A stretch of DNA of 64,000 bases from Candidatus Cloacimonadales bacterium (GTDB lineage Bacteria > Cloacimonadota > Cloacimonadia > Cloacimonadales > JAIOQZ01): the NCBI GenBank assembly GCA_963674825.1, contig OY771587.1, forward strand, positions 2,176,001 through 2,240,000. Reading direction: 5' to 3'. Position numbers and translations under genes: made by a program. Below, in pieces: positions 39,473 through 48,132 of this stretch. How positions within the stretch are numbered: the stretch's first letter is position 1; each line of letters starts with the position of its first letter. The notes below the pieces were generated by a model. The model made no database searches and was not told the origin of the DNA. It saw only the letters and a list, made by a program, of their open reading frames with translations.

Positions 39473-40624
39473 CTACAGCACTATCCAGTCCTGCATCGCG
39501 GGGGACATGGAGTAGTCCGAGAAATTCAGCTCCTGTCCGACCTCGTAAACCAACTGGAAGGTATGGTCGCCGTCGGTGCGATTTGAATTGGAGATAACGG
39601 TGATGACCGTACCGCTGGGGACGTGGTACCACATCTCAGCCGCGTAACCGGGTGTACCGCCATTGTGGCCCATCAGGTTCATGTCCATGTGATAGCCGCA
39701 GCCATAGCCGTATTCGAAGGGGATATCTTCACCGAGCGGAAACCAGCTCTGCATGATCTCCATCGATTCCGAGCTCAGGATTTGTCCACCGAACAGTGCT
39801 CGTGCGAACCGACCCAGATTGTTCGCGGTTCCGACGAGGCAACCGGCGCTCCAGAACTGCGTCGGATTCCAGGTGGTGAGGTCGTCGAGAATCCCGTCGT
39901 CGTCGATATCGACGTAGCCGTGCGCAAATTCGTCTGGCGCAGTGTCCACGGTGATATCAGTCAGGCCAAACGGATCCAGGATGCGTGTCTTGAGCATGTT
40001 CGCGTAGGTGTTGCCGGTTATTTCTTCTATGATCAGACCGAGCAGAACATAGTTTGTGTTGGAATATTCCCACCAGGTTCCCGGCTGCATCTGGTCGGGA
40101 TCGGTGAGCTCGATGGCGTAGGCAATCTGCTCTTCGGGCGTGAAGATATGCTCGGGATCCTCGAGCATCTGCGTGATCATCATGTCGCCGTCGTTGGCGT
40201 AGTCCAGCAAGCCGCTGGTCATATTGAGCAGGTTTTCGACGGTGATGAGGCTGTCGTGCGGGACTGTGATATCCGGCAGATATTCATCCAGCGTGCTGTC
40301 GAAATCGAGCAGGCCGTCTTCGTGCAGCAGCAGGCAAAGGGTTGCGGTAAAGGTTTTTGTTGTGCTGCCCATGCGAAGCCGGTTTTGCGGATGCATTTCT
40401 TCGCCGGTATCCAGATTTGCCATACCGGCTGCGAGATCCCAGGTGCCGTAGGTTGGCGAATCGACGTAGAGTACGAATCCGGGATGAACATCGGTGACGG
40501 CGTCGTTGAGGATTGTCGGGATGTTAGTGCCGGGCGGGATTTTATCTTCATCATCGGATGTGGCGCAGCTTACGAGGAATAGGGCTAAGAGAATCGAAAG
40601 AGCGATCGATACACTGTACTTCAT
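39473..40624 (-). CDS. Serine hydrolase lipoprotein (beta-lactamase/D-Ala-D-Ala carboxypeptidase family)
   Basis: Lipobox LVSC; GSTTK (SxxK), LLNMTSG, YSN, GHNGG. Confidence 0.9.
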   Translation of the reverse strand: MKYSVSIALSILLALFLVSCATSDDEDKIPPGTNIPTILNDAVTDVHPGFVLYVDSPTYGTWDLAAGMANLDTGEEMHPQNRLRMGSTTKTFTATLCLLLHEDGLLDFDSTLDEYLPDITVPHDSLITVENLLNMTSGLLDYANDGDMMITQMLEDPEHIFTPEEQIAYAIELTDPDQMQPGTWWEYSNTNYVLLGLIIEEITGNTYANMLKTRILDPFGLTDITVDTAPDEFAHGYVDIDDDGILDDLTTWNPTQFWSAGCLVGTANNLGRFARALFGGQILSSESMEIMQSWFPLGEDIPFEYGYGCGYHMDMNLMGHNGGTPGYAAEMWYHVPSGTVITVISNSNRTDGDHTFQLVYEVGQELNFSDYSMSPAMQDWIVL

Positions 40625-40693
40625 GGAACCTCCGGGACAAGTTTGTCTACGATAGAGTAATGGACAGTGCACCGATCGTCAAGTTGCTTGTTG

Positions 40694-41260
40694 CTACACC
40701 TGCTTCTGGAGCACGATCGAGAAGCTGAGTTTTACATCAGGGTGATCCACGATTTTGAAGCCGATGCGCTTTGCCTCGTCGAGCGTGCGGGTGAATTCCT
40801 GTTTGTCGATATGCTGCCGGGGCTCCGCCAGGAAGAGGTGTCCCCCAGGTTTGAGCGCTTGATGTAGCATGGCGAGCGTACGTTTGTAGTCAGGCGTTTC
40901 ATGCAGCATCCAGAAAGCCAATGCGAAATCTGCATTCTCGACATCGCCGATGTTGAATGGACTGCATTGTACTGGTGTGATGCGGCTATCGAGGCCTTTT
41001 CTACGGGCACGCTTCAGCATGCGATCCAGCATTCCCTGCTGCATGTCGATCGAGAAAACCTGTCCTTCATATCCAACCATTTTGGCCATACCGATGCTCA
41101 TGAATCCCATGCCGCAACCCAGATCAAGCGCTTTCATGCCAGGTTTCAGATATTTGCCGTAAAGCTTTTCGGGCTGGTGAAACAATCCACGAAGCGGATT
41201 GTCGAATAAATACGCCATCCAAACGGGGCAGACTCGGCTTGTGTCATTCTTCATTGTCAT
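40694..41260 (-). CDS. Class I SAM-dependent methyltransferase
   Basis: LDLGCGMG, LHE, LKPGG; N-terminal VCP motif. Confidence 0.88.
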   Translation of the reverse strand: MTMKNDTSRVCPVWMAYLFDNPLRGLFHQPEKLYGKYLKPGMKALDLGCGMGFMSIGMAKMVGYEGQVFSIDMQQGMLDRMLKRARRKGLDSRITPVQCSPFNIGDVENADFALAFWMLHETPDYKRTLAMLHQALKPGGHLFLAEPRQHIDKQEFTRTLDEAKRIGFKIVDHPDVKLSFSIVLQKQV

Positions 41261-41326
41261 TATATTCTCCCAATAGGTTTCTTTATTAATGAACATAGTT
41301 CCCTTTTGTTCTTAAAAAAAATGGCG

Positions 41327-41941
41327 CTACTCCATTTTAGCGCCAAGCATTCCAGACCACCCGTGTATCACGAAGCTCATGATCTGTCGACCACTTTCCA
41401 AAGCCTTATCGACAGGTAGTTTATAACGTACTGAATCCATGATAAAATGCACCCACATTGCCCCAATGTAATGTGTCAGGTATTCTGAAGGCCTCTCTGC
41501 CTGAATACCGTATTTTTCCCGGACGGCTTCCACTGATAGCTGCATGATTCGGGCAAACCAGCGAGTCACCTCTTCAGGCAGATCGGAAAGCGAAGAGCCT
41601 TCGGAGTGATAAAGTAGCAGATCGAACATATCGCGATGCGCATAGACGTATTGAATGGGCTTATCCATCAATCGCATATGGTATTCCATATCATGGTGTT
41701 CTGGCCCTTTTTCCACGGTCTCAATGAATTTCTGCCCCAAACGAAGGTTTTCCAGGATTTCGGCAAATATCTCGCAGAACAGCGCGTCTTTGTCCGGGAA
41801 ATAATTGTAAATATTGCTGAGTGTGACATCGGCATCAAAAGCGATGGCTCTCATCGACGCTTTACGGAATCCTCTTTTCATGAATTCCTTGCGTGCGCTT
41901 TCAACGATTGCGTTACGAATATGTTCTTTTTGAATCTGCAT
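41327..41941 (-). CDS. TetR/AcrR family transcriptional regulator
   Basis: F..RGFRKASMRAIA...VTLSNIYNYFPDKDALF helix-turn-helix. Confidence 0.92.
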   Translation of the reverse strand: MQIQKEHIRNAIVESARKEFMKRGFRKASMRAIAFDADVTLSNIYNYFPDKDALFCEIFAEILENLRLGQKFIETVEKGPEHHDMEYHMRLMDKPIQYVYAHRDMFDLLLYHSEGSSLSDLPEEVTRWFARIMQLSVEAVREKYGIQAERPSEYLTHYIGAMWVHFIMDSVRYKLPVDKALESGRQIMSFVIHGWSGMLGAKME

Positions 41942-42437
41942 AGAAATCTCCTTATCAGAACAGCGATCACTTTTATATCCGCCTGTATGGCTGTCAAGAA
42001 AAAAGAACGCCGATCATGTATGTTTTCTTGCGCCCAGTATACATCGTGCGCTTAACACCGATTTTTATTTACTTTAGGCTGATGGTTTTTAAACGGCTAG
42101 AAATCCTGCGTGCTGCACTCTGACTGCTGTAAATACCTTATTGTGCTCCGAATTGATATGTGATTGTTCAGGCAACAGAGCGAAATCACGAAAAACATTT
42201 GACAAGCAGGCTGATTGGCTGAAAAAGTGAAGTCTTGATATCCTGATAAAAAATAATCAGTTAGATGGAGGTTCTCATTTGGAGTCAGCTGTCCCTAATA
42301 TCGTACGACTCATAAATATAGATGATCATATGACATATCACACGATACGCTTCAACCGCATGAACGACTCCATGATATCCAATATTACAGCAATACAAAT
42401 CAATACACATAGCATAGATAACACAGAAGGAGAATGA

Positions 42438-45400
42438 GTGATGATTGTACGACGGTTCTTATCCGGCTTGTTTCTATCAGCACTCCTGATTCTGGTCTGC
42501 GTTCCGCTTGCAGCACAAGACATGACAGTAAAAAGTCTTGTGGTGGAGGACGTACCGGACGATGATGGTACGGGGTTGCAGATTAGTTGGGAGCCGCTTC
42601 CCAAAGAAGCGCGAATAATTGAGTACAGGGTATATCGTGGCGTAAGCAGCGATTCGCTGTTTTTTATCGGACGTATCCCTGTAAATCCGAAAACAGGTGT
42701 GGCTTCAGATCGTATGTATTTTTACGACAAGAGCTACAACTACTTTCTTGACGTTCGGGCGTCGGGCAAGCTGAAAAAAGAAAAGCAGCAGCCAGAAGAC
42801 AGCCCGCTCTACCAAGAGCTGCCCAAGGACCTTGCGGTTACCGGTCCCATGCTTAAGCATTACCGCATCCTGGGTGTGATCCCCAAGAAGGAATTCTATT
42901 ACCACACGACCAAAGTCGAGCGGGAAGTTCCTGATGAGGAAGATGGAACCGCAGACGCGGAAGAAGAAGGCGATGAAGAAGACGACGGTCCCGACGTGGA
43001 AACCTACGCCGGCCTGGAAATCCGCCAGCTCTCCATGTACAAGAAACTGATCCCGGATCATGATTACTACTACACGGTTCTGGCCGTGAATAAAACCGGT
43101 AAGTTTCTGCCTTACTGCGAACCGCAGAAAGGAGCCCCCCGCAACAACGCGCCGGAAAAGACCAAAGAATTTTATTCGGTGTATGTCAGCGACCTGAACC
43201 GCTTGCAGTTCGAGTGGTCACTTCCGCTGAACAATGAGGACATCCGTACGCACAACGTGTACATGATGCACAAGGACGATCTGCCTCAGTTTGAACAGTA
43301 CGTGAAGCAGATCAAGCAGGAAGAGATGAATCTTCTGGCGAGCAAGATCGACACCAGCGCAGTGATTCCTCCCATCGAGAATCCGGTGGATAATCCTGCG
43401 ACACTGATCTTTACCCGCCCGACTGCTTATCCTTACACTTCCGTCAAGACCTGCCTGGTCGATATCGAGGCTAACGAAGACGGAACCATGCACATCTACG
43501 ACGAAGATAACGGTATCGATGTGCCGTTCGATCCCGCGATGGTTGGCGACTACCTGTTCGTTTTCTCGTTGATCGAATATCCTGACGAAAACTATCCGGG
43601 CTACGAGACATTCTCCGAACCCATCCTGACAAAGACCATTACCGATAGCGATCTGCCGGAACTTCCCGCGATTACCGTTGAGGACAAAGAGAACGACAAG
43701 GGCGATTACAACACCATTTACTGGGGTAAACCGATTGTAAATCTTTCCAAAGCCGTTATCCTCAAGGAACAACGCGAAGAAGATGAAGAAGGTAACCTTA
43801 TCCACTCGAACATCGAGAAATTACTGGTAAACTATGAAATGCAGACGAACAAGCATTACAAGGTTTATAGCATCTACTTCGATGTCTTCGACAAGGACGG
43901 CAACCTGATCGACACGGTAAACGAGTTCTATCAGGACAACAAGATCAAAATCTCATCGTCCAATGGCTACAACCTGAAAGACGGCGTGAGCCTTGCAATC
44001 CGGTTCCATACCGATCACGACGATGAATTGGGTGAGGGCTACACGCTTTCACAGGATCTTTACTTCAACGATATTTCTCGTTCGATGGAACCGGGTGACC
44101 TGATGCATGGCGACGAGATCGTGGACGATTACTACTACATGATCACCAAGCAACCGGCTTCTTCTTCGAATTTCCGCGAAGCAAAGAAACTTACCGGCTT
44201 CATGCGTCAGCTCGACGATACCATTAACTACGAACGCAGCATCTTCAAGGGCGTATCCGAATACGATCTCGAAAAGAACATGCTTCTGGTAAGCCCTCCG
44301 ATGTCCGTTCGCTATGATTATGAAAACGATACTTCGATCAGTATCCCGATTTACGGATCAGTACTCGAAGAAAATATGGAAGACTATCAGGAAACCGTGG
44401 ATGAATACACAGCGAAACGCGATTCGGCTGCGACAGAGCAAGATAAAGAACGATATCAGATGTTTATCGATCACTACTCGGCTCAGCTGAACAATGAAGA
44501 CCTCAAGAAAGCGAGAGGATTCAAAAGCGATAAAAACCGCAATAAATTCATCGCCGGTATCCGCGAACACGCAGCCCGTAATTTCAAGTACAGGATGATC
44601 AAGTCTGACGGACAGGCAGCGTTCAGAATGTCTGAAGTGTATCAGGACGCCAACGGAAACGAGCGTTTCTTCCCGGTTCCAAACTGGTTCGATACATCCA
44701 AATGGGCTATGTTGATCGCGACGGTTATCTTCGGCTTCATGGTGTTCTACATGATTAGCAGAGCACGTAAGGGGCACGATTTCTACCTCAGACCGATCGC
44801 TGGTATCGAGGAAATCGATAACGCGATTGGCCGTGCGACCGAAATGGGACGTCCCATTCTGTTCGTCCCGAGTATGTCGGGTATCTCCGACGTGGCGACA
44901 CTGGCAGCGCTTTCCATTCTTGGAAAGGTTGCCAAGAAAGCGGCTGAATACGATACGAAGCTGATCGTACCATGCCGTGACTACATCGTCATGCCGATCG
45001 CACAGGAAATTGTGAAGGAAGCGCACTACGAGGCAGGTCGTCCGGATACCTTCGATAAAGGAAGCGTATTTTTCCTGACCACCTCTCAGTTCGCGTATGT
45101 CGCTGGTGTTAACGGTATCATGATTCGCGAAAGAACCGCGACGAACTTCTATCTCGGAATGTTCTACGCAGAGTCGCTTATCATGACCGAAACCGGTAGC
45201 AATACAGGTGCGATTCAGATCGCGGGAACTGACGCTGTTACGCAGATTCCGTTCTTCATTACCACCTGTGACTACACCCTGATCGGTGAAGAATTATATG
45301 CGGCCGCGGCTTACCTTGCCCGTGAGCCCCTGATGATGGGAACCTTGAAGGCTCAGGACTACGCCAAGTTCATTATTCTGGCGCTGGTCATCATCGGTAC

Positions 45401-45455
45401 GGCGCTTTCGTCGTCCCACCTGACCTTCTTCATCAGAGCGTTCCCGGATAAATAG
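42438..45455 (+). CDS. Membrane protein A1: signal peptide, ~730-aa FN3-like ectodomain, TM, DUF6754-like domain, C-terminal TM
   Basis: DVPDDDG...ISW...YRVYRG; TM followed by RARKG; RPIAG...AIGRATEMGRP...QIAGTDAVTQIPFFITTCDYTLIGEELYAA. Family name is from memory. Confidence 0.75.
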   Translation: MMIVRRFLSGLFLSALLILVCVPLAAQDMTVKSLVVEDVPDDDGTGLQISWEPLPKEARIIEYRVYRGVSSDSLFFIGRIPVNPKTGVASDRMYFYDKSYNYFLDVRASGKLKKEKQQPEDSPLYQELPKDLAVTGPMLKHYRILGVIPKKEFYYHTTKVEREVPDEEDGTADAEEEGDEEDDGPDVETYAGLEIRQLSMYKKLIPDHDYYYTVLAVNKTGKFLPYCEPQKGAPRNNAPEKTKEFYSVYVSDLNRLQFEWSLPLNNEDIRTHNVYMMHKDDLPQFEQYVKQIKQEEMNLLASKIDTSAVIPPIENPVDNPATLIFTRPTAYPYTSVKTCLVDIEANEDGTMHIYDEDNGIDVPFDPAMVGDYLFVFSLIEYPDENYPGYETFSEPILTKTITDSDLPELPAITVEDKENDKGDYNTIYWGKPIVNLSKAVILKEQREEDEEGNLIHSNIEKLLVNYEMQTNKHYKVYSIYFDVFDKDGNLIDTVNEFYQDNKIKISSSNGYNLKDGVSLAIRFHTDHDDELGEGYTLSQDLYFNDISRSMEPGDLMHGDEIVDDYYYMITKQPASSSNFREAKKLTGFMRQLDDTINYERSIFKGVSEYDLEKNMLLVSPPMSVRYDYENDTSISIPIYGSVLEENMEDYQETVDEYTAKRDSAATEQDKERYQMFIDHYSAQLNNEDLKKARGFKSDKNRNKFIAGIREHAARNFKYRMIKSDGQAAFRMSEVYQDANGNERFFPVPNWFDTSKWAMLIATVIFGFMVFYMISRARKGHDFYLRPIAGIEEIDNAIGRATEMGRPILFVPSMSGISDVATLAALSILGKVAKKAAEYDTKLIVPCRDYIVMPIAQEIVKEAHYEAGRPDTFDKGSVFFLTTSQFAYVAGVNGIMIRERTATNFYLGMFYAESLIMTETGSNTGAIQIAGTDAVTQIPFFITTCDYTLIGEELYAAAAYLAREPLMMGTLKAQDYAKFIILALVIIGTALSSSHLTFFIRAFPDK

Positions 45456-45465
45456 AGGAGGACAG

Positions 45466-46092
45466 ATGAAACGAACCATTCCATTGTTGATCGTGATCAT
45501 ATTGGGTTTTACCTTTGTGGCACAGGTCTTCATTCCTCATAAGATATCCCAGGATTTCTACTTCGAGTGGTACCTGGTATGGACCAAGGCGATGTCGCCG
45601 TTTCTTGTGCTCCTCGGTGTGATGAGTCTTTTTATGATTCATGGAACCAAGATTCAAAGAAGAGCACATGACTGGCAATACAGTATATTCGTGTTTGTGG
45701 GCCTGATCGGTACGGCTGCTGCCGGCTTCATCTGGGGTCGTCAGGACGGTACACCTTACATGTGGATATTCGAGAATATCCAGATGCCGCTCGGTGCGAC
45801 CATGTTCTCGCTGCTGGCGTTTTATATCGCGTCAGCTGCTTACAAGGCGTTCCGTGCACGTTCTATCGAAGCTACCGTGCTTCTGATTGCCGCTATCATC
45901 GTGATGCTGGGTCGTATCCCGCTGGGTGCCGCGCTCAAGATCGGTATCCCCGAGACCACAACCTGGATCCTCAACGTCCCCAACCTTGCTGCAAAACGCG
46001 GAATCGCGCTTGGCGTTGGTCTGGGCATGGTGGCGACTTCATTGAAAATCATACTCGGAATCGAACGCACCTATCTGGGTGGCGGTGATTGA
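45466..46092 (+). CDS. Uncharacterised polytopic membrane protein B
   Basis: About 6 hydrophobic helices; ATMFSLLAFYIASAAYKAFR, AKRGI, IILGIER; GAGGAGG RBS. Confidence 0.8.
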   Translation: MKRTIPLLIVIILGFTFVAQVFIPHKISQDFYFEWYLVWTKAMSPFLVLLGVMSLFMIHGTKIQRRAHDWQYSIFVFVGLIGTAAAGFIWGRQDGTPYMWIFENIQMPLGATMFSLLAFYIASAAYKAFRARSIEATVLLIAAIIVMLGRIPLGAALKIGIPETTTWILNVPNLAAKRGIALGVGLGMVATSLKIILGIERTYLGGGD

Positions 46093-46105
46093 TAAGGAGC
46101 GAACC

Positions 46106-47434
46106 ATGAATTTCTTCGATAAACTGCAAAACCTCGACAGGCGATACATCTATATCGTGGTCGCCCTCGCGATTATCATTCCCTTCCTGATTCCGTTCAA
46201 CCAGCGGACCTACACGACCGAGCCGGTCGAGAACATCTACCAGCTCATCGACTCGTACGCCGGTACCGTCAACGAAGACGGAGAAAAGGAATTCCAGGAA
46301 AAGGCTATCCTGATGGTGTTCTCGCACGATGCTGGTACAATGCCCGAGCTCTTCCCGATGGAAATCTCCGTGCTGCGTCACTGTTTCCTGCGCCACGTGC
46401 GTGTGTTCACCCTTTGTTTCACGCCGGTCGCTTCTCCGCTGATGGACTATGCGATTACCACCGTGAAGGAAGAATTCCCGAACATCAAATCAGGTGAAGA
46501 TTACATCAACTTCGGCTACAAACCCGCCGCTCTTTATATGCCGATCGTTCTCGGTATGGGCGATAACATCGCCAAGGCTGTGGAAACGGACGCTGAAGGC
46601 CGTAACATCGAAAACCTCGATGCGATGAAAAACATCACCAACTACAATGAGATGAACTTCATCATCGAATTCTCCGCCTCGACTGCAGGCGTTACCTGGT
46701 ACACATTTGCCCGTGCACGTTTCGGCGCGAAAGTGGGCGCAGGTATCACCGCCGTTATGGCTGCCGACCAGTACCCCTACATCCAGTCGGGTCAGCTTGT
46801 CGGTATCCTGGGTGGTCTCAAGGGCGCTGCCGAGTATGAAGAGCTCGTCGATGTCTTCGCCAATCACAAGCTGGAAGCCAACGGCAAGAACCTGATCAAG
46901 GATCACGACGGCTACCTGATTAAAGTGAAAAAAGCTCAGAATATGGGCCCGACCGAAGACAAGACCTTCGACGAAATCGGCATGTGCATCTACGAGCGTA
47001 AAGACGGATTCCATATCAAAGACGAAAACGGAAACCTGATCAACGCTGAAGACGCACGTCGTATCCGCGACAAAGGCAATAACCTTGTGAAAGTCAATGA
47101 CACGAACCTTATCAAGAACAGCGAAGGCTTCTATATCACCTCTACAATGAAAGAGAAGATCGAAGCCGGAAACGAGAAGCAGATCGGTCGTTTTGACCGC
47201 TACGTACACCTCGGTGACGAGATGTTGCCGGATGGACGTCGGTTCAGTAAGGAAATCGTCAAAGATGGAGAAGAAGGGATCACCATCACCGGCGAAAGCG
47301 TTCTTTATAAATTCAAGATGGCGCGTATCGGCATGAATGCCCAGACCGTTGCCCACCTTATGATCATTTTGTTCATTATCCTGGGTAACATCGGCTTCTT
47401 CCTGCAGAAACGCCGCGAGAAACTTGGTAAGTAG
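46106..47434 (+). CDS. Uncharacterised membrane protein C (N- and C-terminal TM flanking an alpha/beta domain)
   Basis: DRRYIY then TM; YPYIQSGQLVGILGGLKGAAEYE; C-terminal TM then KRREK; AAGGAG before ATG 46106. Confidence 0.8.
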   Translation: MNFFDKLQNLDRRYIYIVVALAIIIPFLIPFNQRTYTTEPVENIYQLIDSYAGTVNEDGEKEFQEKAILMVFSHDAGTMPELFPMEISVLRHCFLRHVRVFTLCFTPVASPLMDYAITTVKEEFPNIKSGEDYINFGYKPAALYMPIVLGMGDNIAKAVETDAEGRNIENLDAMKNITNYNEMNFIIEFSASTAGVTWYTFARARFGAKVGAGITAVMAADQYPYIQSGQLVGILGGLKGAAEYEELVDVFANHKLEANGKNLIKDHDGYLIKVKKAQNMGPTEDKTFDEIGMCIYERKDGFHIKDENGNLINAEDARRIRDKGNNLVKVNDTNLIKNSEGFYITSTMKEKIEAGNEKQIGRFDRYVHLGDEMLPDGRRFSKEIVKDGEEGITITGESVLYKFKMARIGMNAQTVAHLMIILFIILGNIGFFLQKRREKLGK

Positions 47435-47445
47435 GGGAGGAAGAT

Positions 47446-48045
47446 ATGTTTGAAGTTGTAAGTAACACAGTAGCGGCTCTTTTGACGTTATCGATCTTCT
47501 CGTTCCTGTATAAGGACAATCCCTTCTACCGGTTCGCAGAGCATCTGTTTGTCGGCGTATCGATGGGTTATGCAATTCCGCTGATCTACGATTCAGTGTT
47601 CATTCCCTACGTTTATACGCCCATTTTCCTTCAGCACAAATACATCATTCTGATCCCGACGCTGTTGGGTCTTCTTTATCTGACCCGTTTCAGCAGAAAC
47701 CTCAGCTGGCTCTCACGCTATCCGATGGTCATTTTCATGTGTTCCACCGGTATGTACGTGCCGCTTTCGATGAACGCGCAGGTTCTTGTTCAGATGCGTA
47801 GCGCAATGCTTCCCATCGACAACATCAACACCGCGCTGATCTTCATCGGAACGGTCACCATCCTTATGTACTTCTACTTCTCGAAGTCACATCAGGGCTG
47901 GTATGGCAGAGTGTCCAAGATAGGTGTCTGGTACATGATGATCGGCTTCGGCGCTTCCTTCGGCTACACTGTGATGGCGCGTATCTCGCTCCTGATCGGT
48001 CGTATTCAGTTCCTGATGGGAGACTGGCTGGGTCTGATAAAATAG
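47446..48045 (+). CDS. Uncharacterised polytopic membrane protein D
   Basis: SFLYKDNPFYRFAEHLFVG, YFYFS, MIGFGASFGYTVMARISLLIGR; GGGGAGG RBS. Confidence 0.8.
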   Translation: MFEVVSNTVAALLTLSIFSFLYKDNPFYRFAEHLFVGVSMGYAIPLIYDSVFIPYVYTPIFLQHKYIILIPTLLGLLYLTRFSRNLSWLSRYPMVIFMCSTGMYVPLSMNAQVLVQMRSAMLPIDNINTALIFIGTVTILMYFYFSKSHQGWYGRVSKIGVWYMMIGFGASFGYTVMARISLLIGRIQFLMGDWLGLIK

Positions 48046-48070
48046 CGGTTCTACCGCATACGATTTCAAT

Positions 48071-48096
48071 CGGAGTGTTCCTGCGGGAACACTCCG
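48071..48096. other. Intergenic stem-loop without U-tract
   Basis: Perfect 11-bp stem CGGAGTGTTCC-TGCG-GGAACACTCCG. Confidence 0.6.
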
Positions 48097-48132
48097 TTAT
48101 TCGTATCATACCGGAAATGAGGTTGTAACGAG

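Noticed and set aside
39473..40624. Beta-lactam resistance gene
   Set aside because: The motifs fit the broad serine hydrolase/carboxypeptidase family; nothing specific to true beta-lactamases was seen.
42435..42437. TGA readthrough or selenocysteine joining the leader ORF to A1
   Set aside because: A1 has its own RBS and N-terminal signal peptide, no SECIS-like element was recognised, and TGA ends many other genes here.
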